Shown here: piece by piece, positions 1 to 28,323 of the stretch | Layout of the letters: every line of letters starts with the position of its first letter | Numbering within the stretch: the first letter of the stretch is position 1 | Source of the DNA: Blastocystis sp. Blastoise | Taxonomy: Eukaryota; Protista; Bigyra: Opalinata | Length of the DNA stretch: 64,000 nucleotides | Direction: 5' to 3' | Assembly (NCBI GenBank): GCA_039096225.1 | Contig: JBBPEB010000014.1 | Coordinates: forward strand, 1,240,001 to 1,304,000 | Position numbers and translations under genes: made by a program | The notes under the pieces: generated by a model | Seen by the model: the letters and a program-made list of their open reading frames with translations, nothing else | Told to the model about the DNA's origin: nothing | The model's database searches: none

Positions 1-7615
<7,615 letters not shown>

Positions 7616-8607
7616 AAAAAGAAATGATCAATTCAGAAAATGAAAAGTTAATTTGAGAAATTTATATAGATTTATTATATGGATGATATATAAAGTTTGA
7701 TTTTTGCTACAAATAAATTGCTGTTTCAAACAAGTTCTATAAATTTTTCTTCTTTCAAAAAACCTTTTCCAAATAAACAATTGACTCATTTTATTGATTT
7801 CTTTTTTTGAAATTTTTCTTTTTTGTATTCATGAATATTCCGGTTTTTTCAAACATTTTTTTATTATAAACAGAATTATGTTCTTTCATATTATATTCTA
7901 CAATTATAATAACACTATTTTTCATTAGAGTCTTGAATTCATATTTAGAAGATGTACTATCAGAAAAAAAATAATTTAGCTAATTTATTCATATTAATTT
8001 GTTTATTTGGATTTGTAATATGTGGTAGAACTGTTTAAATATGTTTGTTTTACCTTTGAAATATATACTAGTTCCCTCTAAAGTGAATTAGGTTAAAATG
8101 TATGCATAATTTCTTCCACTTTTTCATTCTTTATATATATTTACATACCTTTCCTATGTTTATTGAAAAATACATATTTTGAAAACTCATTATAATACCT
8201 AGTTTTAAATTTAAAACAACATTCTCAATAATATGACAATCAATATCCATTTAGACATGTCGTTTCTATTTGTAATACTCATAAATCTATTTTAGAAATC
8301 ATTTTTTTTATTGTTTTTTCTTAAGTTTTCGCATTACAATGATAGAAATGGAAATCATTTTTATGAATTTATAAGAGAACCTCTTTCAGAAACTCATCTA
8401 ATCCATTTATTTCTAATTAAGTAACGTTCTGTTTATAATTCCAAGTAAACAGCACAAAATCAATAACATTTCAACATATATTTGTTTTTAAACAATAGTG
8501 AAATTTTATATCAATAAAAATAAATATTTAGCCACAAGATTATTCCTGTTTGAATTTTAAAATAATTGAAAATGAAGGAAGAAGACATCAATAATTAAAA
8601 ATCGAAA

Positions 8608-8720
8608 ATTGGTGGGAAAAATAAAAAGCAAGTATTATTAATAGAAAATGGTTCAACCAATAGATTATCACGAAAAGAAGAATTTTTAGAAATGAAGCGT
8701 AAAACTAAGAAATCGATTGG
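8608..8720. promoter_or_regulatory. Putative promoter upstream of Pds5 (divergent from CHD): three CCAAT boxes and an E2F-like GGTGGGAAA
   Basis: ATTGG 8608-8612, CCAAT 8657-8661, ATTGG 8716-8720, GGTGGGAAA 8611-8619; probable 5' UTR intron 8811-8853 (GTATAT...CTATAG). Function is inferred. Confidence 0.35.
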
Positions 8721-8878
8721 CTAGAAAGAACGTTTACCTCTACACTTGGAAGAAGAAGGTGAAACTGGGAGAAAGAATCAATATTTTTATTGTATTTTTG
8801 ATTTAGTCTTGTATATATATGTATTTATTTGCCTTAAATTTATTGTTCTATAGATTCATAAAGTGTCAAGCTACAGTT

Positions 8879-11800
8879 ATGGTAAAAAAATCAAAAAAAG
8901 AAACTGCAAAAGAAAATAGTGAAGTTGAGATTCTCGAGAATGGAAAAGGAGCAGAATTAATTGTTGCGTTAGAAAGTGTTTTCGCAAAATTGCAAAAAAT
9001 TGAAGATGAACCTCAGTCTTCTGAATTTGGTAGTTATAAGAATCTTTTAATTTCCAATCGTCTTTTACATAGTCGTGATAAGGAAGTTTGTGCATTATCA
9101 TGTGCATGTATTGTTGAACTTCTTCGAATATATGCACCCAATAATCCATTTGCATCAAGCGATATAAAGAAAATATTTGAATTAATTGTTGATCTTCTTC
9201 CTGCTGTGATGAACCCTAACAAGAAAAAATTGTATGAAGTCACAATGCACATTTTAGAAAGTTTATATGAAGTTCGTTCTTGTTGTTTATTAGTTGAATT
9301 ACAAAAGGATGAAATGGAATTGATTTGTGAATTATATGAAGTCTTCTTTAAGATAGCCGCACAAAATCCATCCGCAAAAGTATGTTTTAAATTTTTTTTT
9401 TTTTTTTATAATTCTTATTTTATTTTTAAATATTCCTTTAGATAACAGAAATGATGCTTGGTATATCTATATATATCATCCAAGAAATGGAATTAATACC
9501 TCAAGATCTTATTGATTGCTTATGTATTCATATATTACCTCCAGAAAAGTATATATATAGAATTATTTTTTTTTTAATATCTTAAAACTATAACTATGTT
9601 TATTATTATATTATAAACTATTATATTATATTATATTATAAACTATTATATTATACTATATATATAGAGAAGATCAGCCTTCTATATATACATTTGTAGT
9701 CGAGGTATTACGTGGTGTTCATGACACTATTATGCCTTCTCTAAGTGATTTCATTCGAAACTGTCTCTCTACGGGAGGAGTTGGGAAAGAAAGAGAAAGT
9801 GAACTTACAGATAAAGTATATTTATATAGAAATAATCAATATAATTAATAATAGTATATTTTGATTGAATGTATCTTATATATTGTTTTAAAAACTATTT
9901 TTTTGAATTTTTTTTATTATTATACACGTATTATTCTGTAAATTACACTAATACTCTTATTATGATCATCACAATAATTCATAATATATTATTATGAGAT
10001 ATACATATATATAGTTATATTCGTTAATCTTTGAGTTACATCTTATTTCTCCCTCGTTCCTCTTATATGTCATTCCCTCTCTTACTCAACAACTAACAAT
10101 CGAAGACGTTACAATTCGTAGGAATACTGTTACACTACTCACGAAACTATTTGTATCTCCTCTTCATGATTATACTAAGGAGTATATTTATTATTATTGT
10201 TTTTATGGTGTTTATTATTTATTATATTTTATATTATATTTATATTTATTATTATAGTTGTTTTATTATTATTATAGTTATTATGGTGTTTATTATTTAT
10301 CATATTTATATTTATTATATTTTATTATCAACTATATTTATTATAGTTTTTCAAAGGATTTTCATGATTATTTGACTCGTTTTATTGACCTTGATACTCA
10401 AATTCGTTCTATTATGATTCAAGCTAGTTATGATATAATTAGTAATAAACCACAAACAGCTCCTCTTCTAGTTCGACAATTAGCCAATAGAATGAAAGAT
10501 ACAAATCCTGATGTATATATATATTTATATATATATTTATATATTTATATATATATTTATTTATATTTATATATTTATATATATCTATATATAGATGCGA
10601 TGTGAAGCTATAGATGTATTATATTCCTTATGTACTTATAACTTAGATTTAGTTCCTTCAGAGGTTATAGATGAAATGTGTGATCGATGTCAAGATAAGA
10701 ATATAGATGTAAGAACGAAAGCAATTACCAACTTAGGAAAGTTATATAATTCCTTTGTACTTGTTCACGTGACATCTCCAAGTGTTGTTATGGATCCCCC
10801 AGTGACACATCTATTACGTATTCCAGGAGATATCTTAAAGACTTATTTACATAAAGAAATACAAATAAAAGAACGCTGCACCAAGATACTTGAGGATATA
10901 TGCATCGATGAAGAAAATGATAAAGAGAATAATATAGAGAATGAAGAAAGTATAAAACTATATATATTATTATTAATATACTATTTATTATTCATTATTA
11001 GTGTACTTGTTTTTTATTATTAAAATTATATATATATAGATCATATTATTCAATTCCTCTTTCTATATCTTCACCTCAATCCCAAAGTAGTGTCTATTTT
11101 CAATAAATATATACAAGACAAATACCAGTATATATATATAATAATATATATATATATTATATATATATAATATAGTTGTATGGAAGAATTAAAACAATAT
11201 ATAATGTTAAAACAAGAAAAGAAACCAATTCCTGTATTTATTATACTATTATATTATTATATTATTATATTATTATATTATTATATTATTATATTATTAT
11301 TATATATATAGAATCAATTATCCGCTTCTATCCGATCTGCATTTGATATTTCTGATAAGAATATGGATGTATATATATATATATATATATTGTTTCTTTA
11401 ATACTATGATGATTGTGTTCTAGACCCTCTTGGAGTCAGCGAATCCCTCAGTATATTCCTCTCTTTTACAACTCTGTGATTGGTCACTTTCACATAAAGA
11501 CATTCAACAATCTAAAGTATATATATATAATATATATATCTATATACATATAGGACAAAGTTATTTCTTTATATGAAGAAAAATATCAACAATCGCTTAA
11601 AGTATATTTATATATAACTCTATATATATATATGTATATATGTATATGTATATATATATAGTTATTTATTCGTCGTTTTACATGTCCTTTTCTGTCTCCT
11701 CAACTCTATATATATATATTAAAAACAATAGATAATTCTGATGACGCATCCTCTGTCAATTCTCTTGATATCTATTCTCAACTACTTTCCGTATATTTAT

Positions 11801-12428
11801 TTATTTATATATTTTTATTTATTTATATATTTTTATTTATTTATTTATTAATTATATAAATTATATTTATTTATTTATAGCTATGTTTACAATATATTCC
11901 CATGGGAATCCAGTTGTTATTGCCCCAATATAATCATTTAATTGAAAAAAAAGATGAAGATATTAATACTATCCTTGTATGTTTATAATAAACATATATA
12001 TATATATATAGTTACCACTTGTATATAATCATATAAAGAAAGGGAATCAAGAATGGAAGACCATAGAACTCTATAAGAACATGGAGGTTTATATGAATAT
12101 TACTAAAGAAGATACTAATATGGACTTTGTATATATATATATATACTATTATTATTAATTATATTATTAATAATATATAAAGGTACATACTTCATTTAAA
12201 ATATTATCTTATATCATGTTTGAATTACTTCCTTATGATTGGCAATCGTTTGATTATTCCTCAATTTCCCGCGGGAAAACTCTTAAGAAAGCTATTGATT
12301 TTTATTCCAGTGAATATAAAGATTTATGTGAATGGTTATTAATAGAAGAAGAAAGAGATTTAGAAGGACAAAATATGGATAGAATACTCTATTGTGCAGG
12401 TATATAGAGAATAATATATAGATATATA

Positions 12429-12508
<80 letters not shown>

Positions 12509-12708
12509 ATTAATATAAATATTAATATATATAGATGTGATTATGAAGCGATCTTATTCTTTATATGCCGATGTACTTCTCTCTCTTCTCGATTTTATTG
12601 ATACTCATATCCTTCTCTTGAATACTCCCGCCAAATCGATCTCTACTTCCCGCCAACTGGATCTTATTCCTATATCACTATTCATATACGTTCATTATCT
12701 ATCACAAC

Positions 12709-12759
<51 letters not shown>

Positions 12760-13428
12760 ATTATTATTAATATTGTAGCCACCGCCATATCTTGAGGATT
12801 CCCGCGAAGATCGCTTCCTTGCATATATATTCTATAGTATAAGTTGTAAAGGAGACTTATATAAAGGGTATATATATATATATATATAATATTATTATTA
12901 TTATTATATATTTAATTATATTTTATTTTATTATTATTACTATTATTATATTTAATTATCTTTTATTTTTTGTTTTATTATTTTTTTTATATATATGATT
13001 ATATATTTTATTATATATAGAATGAAGGCTGCAGATAAAAAGGAGTTTTTATATAATATATATATATGTAGTTATAAACTTATTGCTACCAGGTATATAT
13101 ATATATATTATTATTATTATATAAATAGAAAGTTTGAGGTTTATATGTCGACACAAAACTGGTTTTTACACTCTACTTATTTAGAAGTATATATACATTA
13201 TATATATATATATACATTATATATATATATATAGTATGTAGATTCAGAAAGACGTGTTAATTTATATGAATATATATATGAATATACCAAAAAGAAACAT
13301 ATTCATTTCAAATATTTAATTCCACTTTGTATTGCTCAGACAAGTTCGTCTTCTACGTCCTCGGCCGCTGAAGTATTCTTCAGGAAATCATTTCAAGTAT
13401 ATTATTATTATTATTATTATTATTATAC

Positions 13429-13468
<40 letters not shown>

Positions 13469-14039
13469 GATGTGTAAACGTCGATATAAAGACCTTGAAA
13501 ATAAGTATATACATATATATATATTACTTATATGATTCTATAGAGATGGTTTTGAGAAATGGATGCCTGAGTATATATTAATGTATATCTTCTATATATA
13601 TACATTTCTTCCTAAAGTGCAATCAATGTCTCTCTCTAAATATATTCAATCCTTGATGAACGTTATTTCCCGTGGGGAATACAATAATATATTTATATAT
13701 GTTAATATTCAAAGAAAATTACAACAATATATTCCTATATATCCTTCTGCTACATCTCATTCATCTCTTCCTATTCCTTCTGCTTATGAATATACACTGT
13801 TTCCCCGCGGGGATTCTGCTACTATTAGTTCAAAGTATATGGACACTTATCGTGAATTACTAGAAGCGATGGATATATATATAAATAAAACAGTTAAAAG
13901 CAGAGAAGCAACATTATTTAATAAAGATGAAATATATATTCCATCTACACTCTTTGTACATAATTCAAATCCCCCTCCAGCTAGTGATATGCACGTGTTT
14001 AATGACCAATCAGATGCTGTTATCCCCGATGATCAGCCA

Positions 14040-14088
<49 letters not shown>

Positions 14089-14127
14089 TAATGGATCCAC
14101 TTCCTTTCTCCCCAATTGTTCCAAGAT

Positions 14128-14209
<82 letters not shown>

Positions 14210-15136
14210 TCTCAAATCCCTTCTCAATCGACTCCTCTTCATTCCCACGGGGATACGTCTATTGCATCTCCTCTCCGTTCTTCTCTCTCAACTCCCAGTA
14301 CTCTCTCGGTATTATCCGCTAGAAAACAACGTACATATACCCGCGATTATTTATCAAAAAGTCCAAAAAGTACTCGTAAGAGTATAAGTAAAAGTATAAA
14401 GAGATCTATAAGTACAGAAGAAGAAGGAAAACTAGAAGGAAATAAAGGAAATACTAGTCCTATAAAGAGAAGAAGAAGTAGTTTAAAGAATGGAGAAACC
14501 GAGAAACGAACACTATTCCTTGATGAAGAAGATGAACCTATTTCTATACTTCAGGAACAAGAAAAAGAAAAAAAAGATAATAATGATAATAATGACAATA
14601 ATGAAGAAGAAGAAGAAAAAGAAAAAGAAACAAATCAAAAGAGACAGTCATCTACAAGAGGAAGAAAAAGAACTGTTTCTATAATTAATAAGAAAGAAAA
14701 TAAGAGTATTAAAACTAGTTCAACTAACAATATAAAAGGAAATAAAATTAATTCTAAAGCTAATTCTAAAGTAACTCCTACTAAATCTATTAATAGTGAT
14801 AGAACACCAAGTAAATCTATTAATAAATCTACTACTACTAGAGCTACTAAATCTACTCCTACTAAATCTACTCCTACAAAGAAACAAAAAAATACAACTC
14901 AAGATACTAATGGAAAACCTGTTTCAAAAAGAAATAAAAGATCTCCAGTTAAATCTCCCGCTAAATCTCCCGCTAAATCTCCCGCTAAATCTGTAAATAA
15001 TAAATCCACAAAGAGTAATCAACAAAAGAAAAAAACAGTCACACCTCCTATCGTATATATATTTATTATATTCTCTAATATTATATATATATATATATAG
15101 AAATCATTTGGACTCAAAAAAAGAACAAAAAAATAA
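8879..15136 (+). CDS. PDS5: Sister chromatid cohesion protein Pds5 homolog (HEAT repeats, basic S/T/K-rich tail), about 24 introns
   Basis: [60 protein letters not shown] and MPEYIL resemble Pds5 segments; [13 protein letters not shown] tail; TAA at 15134-15136. One intron (about 14132-14208) has no in-phase GT donor. Confidence 0.85.
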
Positions 15137-15853
15137 TTACTTCTCTTATAAACAAAATTTATTATTTTTTCTTCTTTTTCCTTTTATTTGTTATATTGTT
15201 GTTTATACTTCATTCTTTTGATTTTCATTTTATTACTTATTCTTTCTACCTTTTATTTTGTTGTACTATTATTTCTTATGTTCTTAACAATGGATTTTTC
15301 TTATATTTAATAGAATATTGTTTTGTAATTCCTTTCACTCATTTCATGTTTTTTACACGAACACTCATGACTCAGATTTCGTTCAATTTATAGCTTTATT
15401 TGTATGCTCTCTAGTATCTAGAAAAGGATACCACAAATCTGTTTATGAACAAAAAGAAATCTAAGTTTGATCTAAGATTATTTATATTTAACACCTTACA
15501 CATAATCATATCAAAGTGACAAACAATAACAATCATCAAAAAAAATACTTATATATCTAGATGTTGTATTATTCATTAAAACTACACTTTAGAATTAAAA
15601 TAATAGTCAAGTGAAATGACCAATCAAATCATAAATAACAATCATTCCTCAAATGGGTTTTACTAAAAAAACTACTTTTTTGAAACAATAAAAAATAATT
15701 CTGGGGATTTATTAAAGTATAACTAAAAAACAGTATCTTTTCAAATATGTTTTTTAGTTAATTGAATAGATAAATGATGACTAAATATAATAATAATTCT
15801 TTTTTATAATCACTTTGAAGTAAATTTACAAGTAGATATTAGATTTAGTGAAA

Positions 15854-18032
15854 ATGAATACACCTAATACTAGAGTAAATGTAACACCTGACGTTGGTTT
15901 TATTCCTACAATTCCTTCGTCAATACCTCAAACGGTTATCCACGAAAGTGAGATGACCGATAGACCTGATATTCAATTACCTGAAGCTCCTCAACCCTCG
16001 TTCGTCCCTGAATTGAGAAACACAGACCCTTTAACTCCAGTTGCAATGCCTGGAGCTATACCAAATTCTCCTAAGAGTATTCCTAATAGTCCTGATCCTG
16101 TTCAATTGCCGCCTCCTGACGTTCATTTCATGTTAAGTCCTATCACGATGCAAAGTATATATTTACCACCAGAGGAAGCACATGAAGACGACACTATGCT
16201 ATTTGATCCTGAATTACCACCAATTCAGTCTGATGAGTCACATCGAACTGATGATTCCAATAAAGATGTTGTTCCTATTGTTGTTCCAAAGGAAGATAAA
16301 GTTCATGAAGAGCGTCAATCTATAACTGGCTATAACGATATGCAATCTCTTCTTTATAGTATATATTACATATGAAAATTCGTTTATAATGTTTTCTTTT
16401 CTCTAGTGAGTGGAATAATTGTTCGAAAAGAAACTCTTTCGGATTCATCTATACCTGTATCAGACTACCCTCATCAGTATATATAATACATTATTTATCT
16501 AATTTGTTGTCCTAAGTTTTATGTTATTGATTTCTTTTTATTATAAAGGTATTCTATCTATTCTCTCACATCAAATGGTAAAATTAATGAATATATGTGT
16601 CATATTTACAGAGTATATATATATATATAAGTTTGTAATTCTATATATATGGCTTACATAACTTATATATGACTGTATAATTATATTTATTATTTATATA
16701 ACTATTTGTATAACTAGTATATTGTTTTCATGAATAGTTATAACCATATAACTATATATATATATATAGGTATGTAAGACAACCACTTCTTTAACTCGTT
16801 GTTTCTGTTCTCCTGTCGATAATACATTCGAAGTATTTGGAAATGGAATTAATTCACTTCTTATACTCAAACACCTTCAAATAAGTATATTATAATATAT
16901 TATAGTGTATCATATATATATATAATGAATATAATGTATATTCAATATAGAAGATGAAGAAGGTCGTGAATTTACTTGTTCATTTACAACAATGCCTGAA
17001 AATCCTATTGGTATATATTATATTATATTATTTATTTATTTATTATTTATTATTTATTATTTATTTATTATTTATTATTTATTTATTATTTATTTATTTA
17101 TTATTTATTTATTTATTAATTATTTATTTATTATTTATTATTTATATAGGTCTGGTATATATACATATATAAATAGTAATAGAAGAACATTGTTGACTAC
17201 TCTTATTATTCCTCTTATTCTAACATAGAATATATGTTTAAAACACTCTATTTTACTATATATACATATATATATAGATCAGTCATAAATCGAGTTTAGT
17301 TGAGGATAGTTATACAATATATGATCGAAACGAGTTGCCTTCAATGACGCTTCACAGGGATATGAAACAAGGTCAACGATGGTCCACATCAAGTAAATAT
17401 ACGTATGTTCTATATATCATTATATATACTAATCATTATTGTTATAAAGAATTATTATTTTTCATTTATTATAAATATTATTTATTATATATATAAAATA
17501 ATTTTTTTTATTCATTATTATTATTATATCATAATTCTGTTTTTCACTCATATATATATAATGATCTATATATACTCTAGAGAACGGTTCTTAATACAAA
17601 ATATAAAAACAAAACAAAATGGAAAGTTGAATAGAAATGTGAATAAAACAAAAACTGCTGTATATATCTTTATTTATATATATTTATTCTATATCTATAA
17701 ATAAAATGTAAACTTTTATTAGCAATACTCTCTTTAACATCAAATCATTATATATATATATATAGTCTATTGATGATAATAATATGATAATAACATTCCC
17801 TCCGAAATCAACTTTGGCAGAACGAATATTATTAATGTCATCGTTATTCTACATATTTGATCTGTATGTATATTTATTATATTACTCTTTTTAAATCATT
17901 ATTATTTATTCTTCTATATTCTCTATATTATTACTCTTTTTAAATCATTATTATTTATTCTTCTATATTATCTATATTATTACTCTTTTTAAAAGCAATA
18001 CTATTAATTCTTCTCTATATAGTGACTTCTAA
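15854..18032 (+). CDS. Phospholipid scramblase-like protein with Pro-rich N-terminus, 9 introns, includes a 5-nt microexon
   Basis: Pro-rich N-terminus, LTRCFCSP motif, C-terminal ITFPPKSTLAERILLMSSLFYIFDLDF resembling the PLSCR C-terminal helix; frame needs exon 17150-17154. Confidence 0.7.
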
Positions 18033-19033
18033 CCAATATAAATACTTATTTTCACAATAGGAATTACTTTAAAAAATGTCTTTTTTTCTCTTTTCTTCTA
18101 ACTTGTTGTCATTATTCAACTTATTGTTTTTTCTTTTTTCATGTAAATATATATATTTTTATTATGTTTTAATAGTTGGTTTCATCGCACATATTTCTAT
18201 TTTGTGTATTTATTATATATCCATATTAATGATATTATTCTCTTTACACTTATTTATATGTTCTTTTATTATTATATGTAATTACTTGCCACGTTTTATC
18301 ATTTTTGTATCGACAAGCATTACTTTTACTATTATTTCTTCATTTCTCATTTTTTTATTTCTCTAATAATTATCATGTATTGCTTCTCGCTTCAATGTGT
18401 ACTATGTATTATAATTCTTGATGCAGTTAGTATGATATAACATGAGAAAAAAATGTTTCGTGTCTCATCGTTGAGTTCTATTACCATACTCTTTTTTGAT
18501 AGATTTGATTTATGTAACTACTTGTGTTTTCAATATGGATAACCTTTTTATACATATTTTTATCTAAAAACAAACTAGAAATCTTCAAAATCATACTAAA
18601 AACACAAATCTCAGCCTTATAACATACTTTAAATCATATTTCAGTTGAATTTTATCAATATTCTAATAAATATTTAACAAATACTATGAAAAAAGAAAAT
18701 GTTTGCATAAATTACGCTCATATATTACTTATATAAAACAATATTTTTCTTTCTATCATTCAACACATTATTTTCTGATATTAAGATCATTCATAGAATA
18801 AAAAAAAGAAGAGGAAAACGAAGGAAAATATCTTTATAAAAAAAATCATTTTCTTCTGGGGATTTTTTGTTACAAAAAAAAACATATTTTTGAAAGTATA
18901 ATAACTTTAGTGTTGTTTTTTTCGTTTGAAAAACAACTAATCATAAAACTGTACTGTCTTCCTTTTGAGCAATCAGTTCCGCTTCTATTTCATTCTTTTT
19001 ATTAATTAGTTAATAAGTAAAAGTTGATTTTTG

Positions 19034-20638
<1,605 letters not shown>

Positions 20639-21088
20639 TGACTATCATTATATATATATATATATATTGATTTTATTCTGTATTTTTATGTGAGTGTTTT
20701 TCTTTATATTAGAATTATATTGTTTGTTTATATACTGTTATTCAATATGCAGCAACTTTTCAAATTTTATATTATATATCGTCGTGTTTATATATAGTTT
20801 TATCATCAATTTTTGTTTTGTTATTTTTTATAAATGTTTTTTCTTTTTATATTTATTTGCTTGTCACCATTAAGAATAATTAAAAATAATTAAAAAATAT
20901 TTTTTTATTATTTCATCCACTTCTCATTCATATAACGGAATTAAAACTTTTTTTTAAATTTCTCACAAGAATCCAGTTCACATTTCTGTATCACATTTCT
21001 TTTTTTACATAATATAACTTTCTTTTACAATATTACTTCTAAAGATATATTATAGTATCTCATTTACAAAAAAAATAATTTCTGACAA

Positions 21089-21891
21089 ATGAGTTCATCA
21101 ACCGAAACAAAAGTAAGAAGTGCTTTTCCACCTCCTCCTTACTATTATAAATACTTCAAAAAACCATCTTACACATGTGATCCGCCAGAGTGTATTCATG
21201 GAGATTTTGAAATTTTTCAAACAACATATAAATCTGATTTGCAATTACTAACTCTTGAACAATGTGGTATAGAGAAGAAATATGATGATTCAAAGTTCGA
21301 GACAGATGTTGGTAGTGTTCAGACAGAATTATCAAAACTTTTAAAGAATACACTCTTTTCCTATCAAAGTATAATAGCTGATACATCAGAACATCCTACA
21401 TCAGAAACCGAAAAGATTTCTGAGATTCACGCGAATATTGCAAATATGCTCTATCTTACAAATTATCTAAGACCCTCAGAAGTATATTATATTATGATAT
21501 AGCATATTTATTATTATTTTTTAACCATTATATACTATTGTGTAAAGTATATATTATTGTATTTATTATATACTATTGTGTATATAGTATATACTATTGC
21601 ATTTAGTATATACTGTACCATATTATATTATACTACACTATGCTATACTATATTATCCTATTATAATATATATATTAGTCTCGTCAAGACATCATTCGAT
21701 CGTTGGAAAAAGAAATAAAAGTAAAAGAACAACTTATTGAAAATATTGACACAGTGATTAATAAGACTTCTACGATGTTAAATGAGACACAAACAATGGT
21801 TCAAGAATCAAATGATAATCAAACACAAACATTTCAACAAATACAAGAGTTACTGACAACGTTATCGCCATTAGTGAATAACAATCAATAA
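21089..21891 (+). CDS. MED7: Mediator subunit 7, 1 intron (21482-21678)
   Basis: SAFPPPPYYYKYF, PPECIHGDFEIF, NMLYLTNYLRPSE|SRQDII match MED7 motifs (FPxPP; NxHHLxNExRPHQAR). Confidence 0.88.
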
Positions 21892-22045
21892 TCTTAATAT
21901 AACTCTATATACACTTATCTTACATACACATTGTTTTGTTCTCTACACATTTTATTATATATACTATTTATAAAAATAAAAAAAAACAATTCTTTTCATT
22001 TAAACAAAACTAGAAATCATAAAGGATCACAAATTAATTTTATTA

Positions 22046-26675
<4,630 letters not shown>

Positions 26676-27093
26676 ACCTTTCTCTTCGTTCCTTATAGAT
26701 ATTTAAACAAGAATAACAGTCTAATAAATCTTTAGAACAAAAAGAAAATGAAATAAAAGTGTCAAAAATTAAGCGGGAAACATTTGTTCATTGTTTTTTA
26801 TTTCTTTTGATAATACCATCATAATTTAGAAATATAAAGTTTGTTCGATTTAGTAAAAAGTTTCTTGCTGAATTTCATTTTAATTTTAATGAATCATAAA
26901 AGAAAATTATTCATTTTAAAAATTTTCAGAATGGAATAATATTAGAATATAAGTATATTTTATCATATTTCATGCATATAAATCTTGTTTTCAGCGAATA
27001 CTATTATTAACAATAATTGAAAACAATACAAAGAATATTAAAATAGTAATAAAACAGTAATGAATACAACGTAGCTATAAATAGATAGGCAAG

Positions 27094-27583
27094 TTACTTA
27101 GGGAGATTTTGAGCTTCAGTACGAGCAGCCTAGATTAATGTGTATCAAATATATTGAGAAAATAAAAGAAAAATAAAGAAAAATCGAGTAATATCACTAG
27201 AATAATATAAATATAAATAAAGATATACAGCAATAAGTAAATCTTCTTTGATATCATCCTTTGATAAGTGAATATAACGAATAACAGAACCTCTAACGAA
27301 ACATGTTTTCATAGGAATTAAATGAGGGTATGCTTCTTTGTTAACAATTTCAACTTTTGATAATTTGATGTTGAGATATTGATCAATAGCTTCAATAGTA
27401 AGTCAATTAAGGTCATATATGTAGCAAATAATATGAATAGAAATATATTGATAAAGGATATACACCACGGATTTGAACATCATTCTTAAGCTCTACAGTG
27501 ATTGTAGCTCTACTGTCTTTAAGTGTGTTGAATACAGATAAAAAAAGCTATATTTATAAATAATAAAATAGAATGCATACCAT
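27094..27583 (-). CDS. LSM2: U6 snRNA-associated Sm-like protein Lsm2, 3 introns (first coding exon is ATG only; second intron is U12-type AT-AC)
   Basis: MLFLSVFNTLKDSRATITVELKNDVQIRGVIEAIDQYLNIKLSKVEIVNKEAYPHLIPMKTCFVRGSVIRYIHL matches Lsm2 (VELKND, DQYLNIKL, YPH, CFIRGSVVRY). Missing from the ORF track. Confidence 0.92.
27398..27461 (-). other. U12-type (minor spliceosome) AT-AC intron in LSM2
   Basis: 5' ATATCCTTT, branch site ACCTTAAT about 9 nt from a terminal TAC, no AG in the intron; removal restores RGVIEAIDQYL. Confidence 0.9.
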
Positions 27584-28323
27584 TGAAGTGATACAATAAA
27601 AAAAAAGAAATAAGAAATGATTACAAATATAATCAAGAATAATTTTCTTAAATAGAACAAATTTCAAATAATATTGTGATTATTTCGTTTTGATGTTTTT
27701 TGGAATATAGAGTTGTTATGTTGGTATATCATATACTCCATCACTTCATATGTTATATTTCTATCACGTCTATTGCAACAAAAGATATGAATAAGTTATT
27801 TAGTCTAATGATGGCTTCTGATTATTTCTTAATTGCTATATCTGAGCTATTAGAAAATTATATATGCATTTACACATATTTGTGAAGAAGAACCTTCAAT
27901 GTTCAGCTTATAACACATGTACATGCTGACATTTTTAGCAAAATGAGAGAAGTGACAAGCAAAGACAGTTAGTTATAGATATCTTATGATCACTCGTGTC
28001 TCTTAGTGATTCAAAATAAATAAATAAACTACAAGTAAATTGTTTTTTTATAAAAATTGACTGTATTATGTATTTGACAAGTTAGCAAATCCATTCAATA
28101 TATATACATATATATGTGTAGAATATATAAAAAAAATAATAATAGAGAATAGCAAACGTATGTATTAGAAATTATCGTATATATATTTAAAAAAACGTTA
28201 GCTATATATATGATATACATATATAAATTTATAATAATTAAATAGTATACATTATAGAAAAGAAAACAGATAAAATAAATATAGATATAATAGATATATA
28301 TATATAATGCATTATTATTTAAT

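Noticed and set aside
17392-17582. Apparent stop after the scramblase junction TCA A|GTAAAT
   Set aside because: The downstream donor AC|GTATGT at 17403 restores the frame with the first AG.
17875-17995. Tandem repeat of about 50 bp in the last scramblase intron
   Set aside because: Simple local duplication of low-complexity intron sequence with no mobile element hallmarks.
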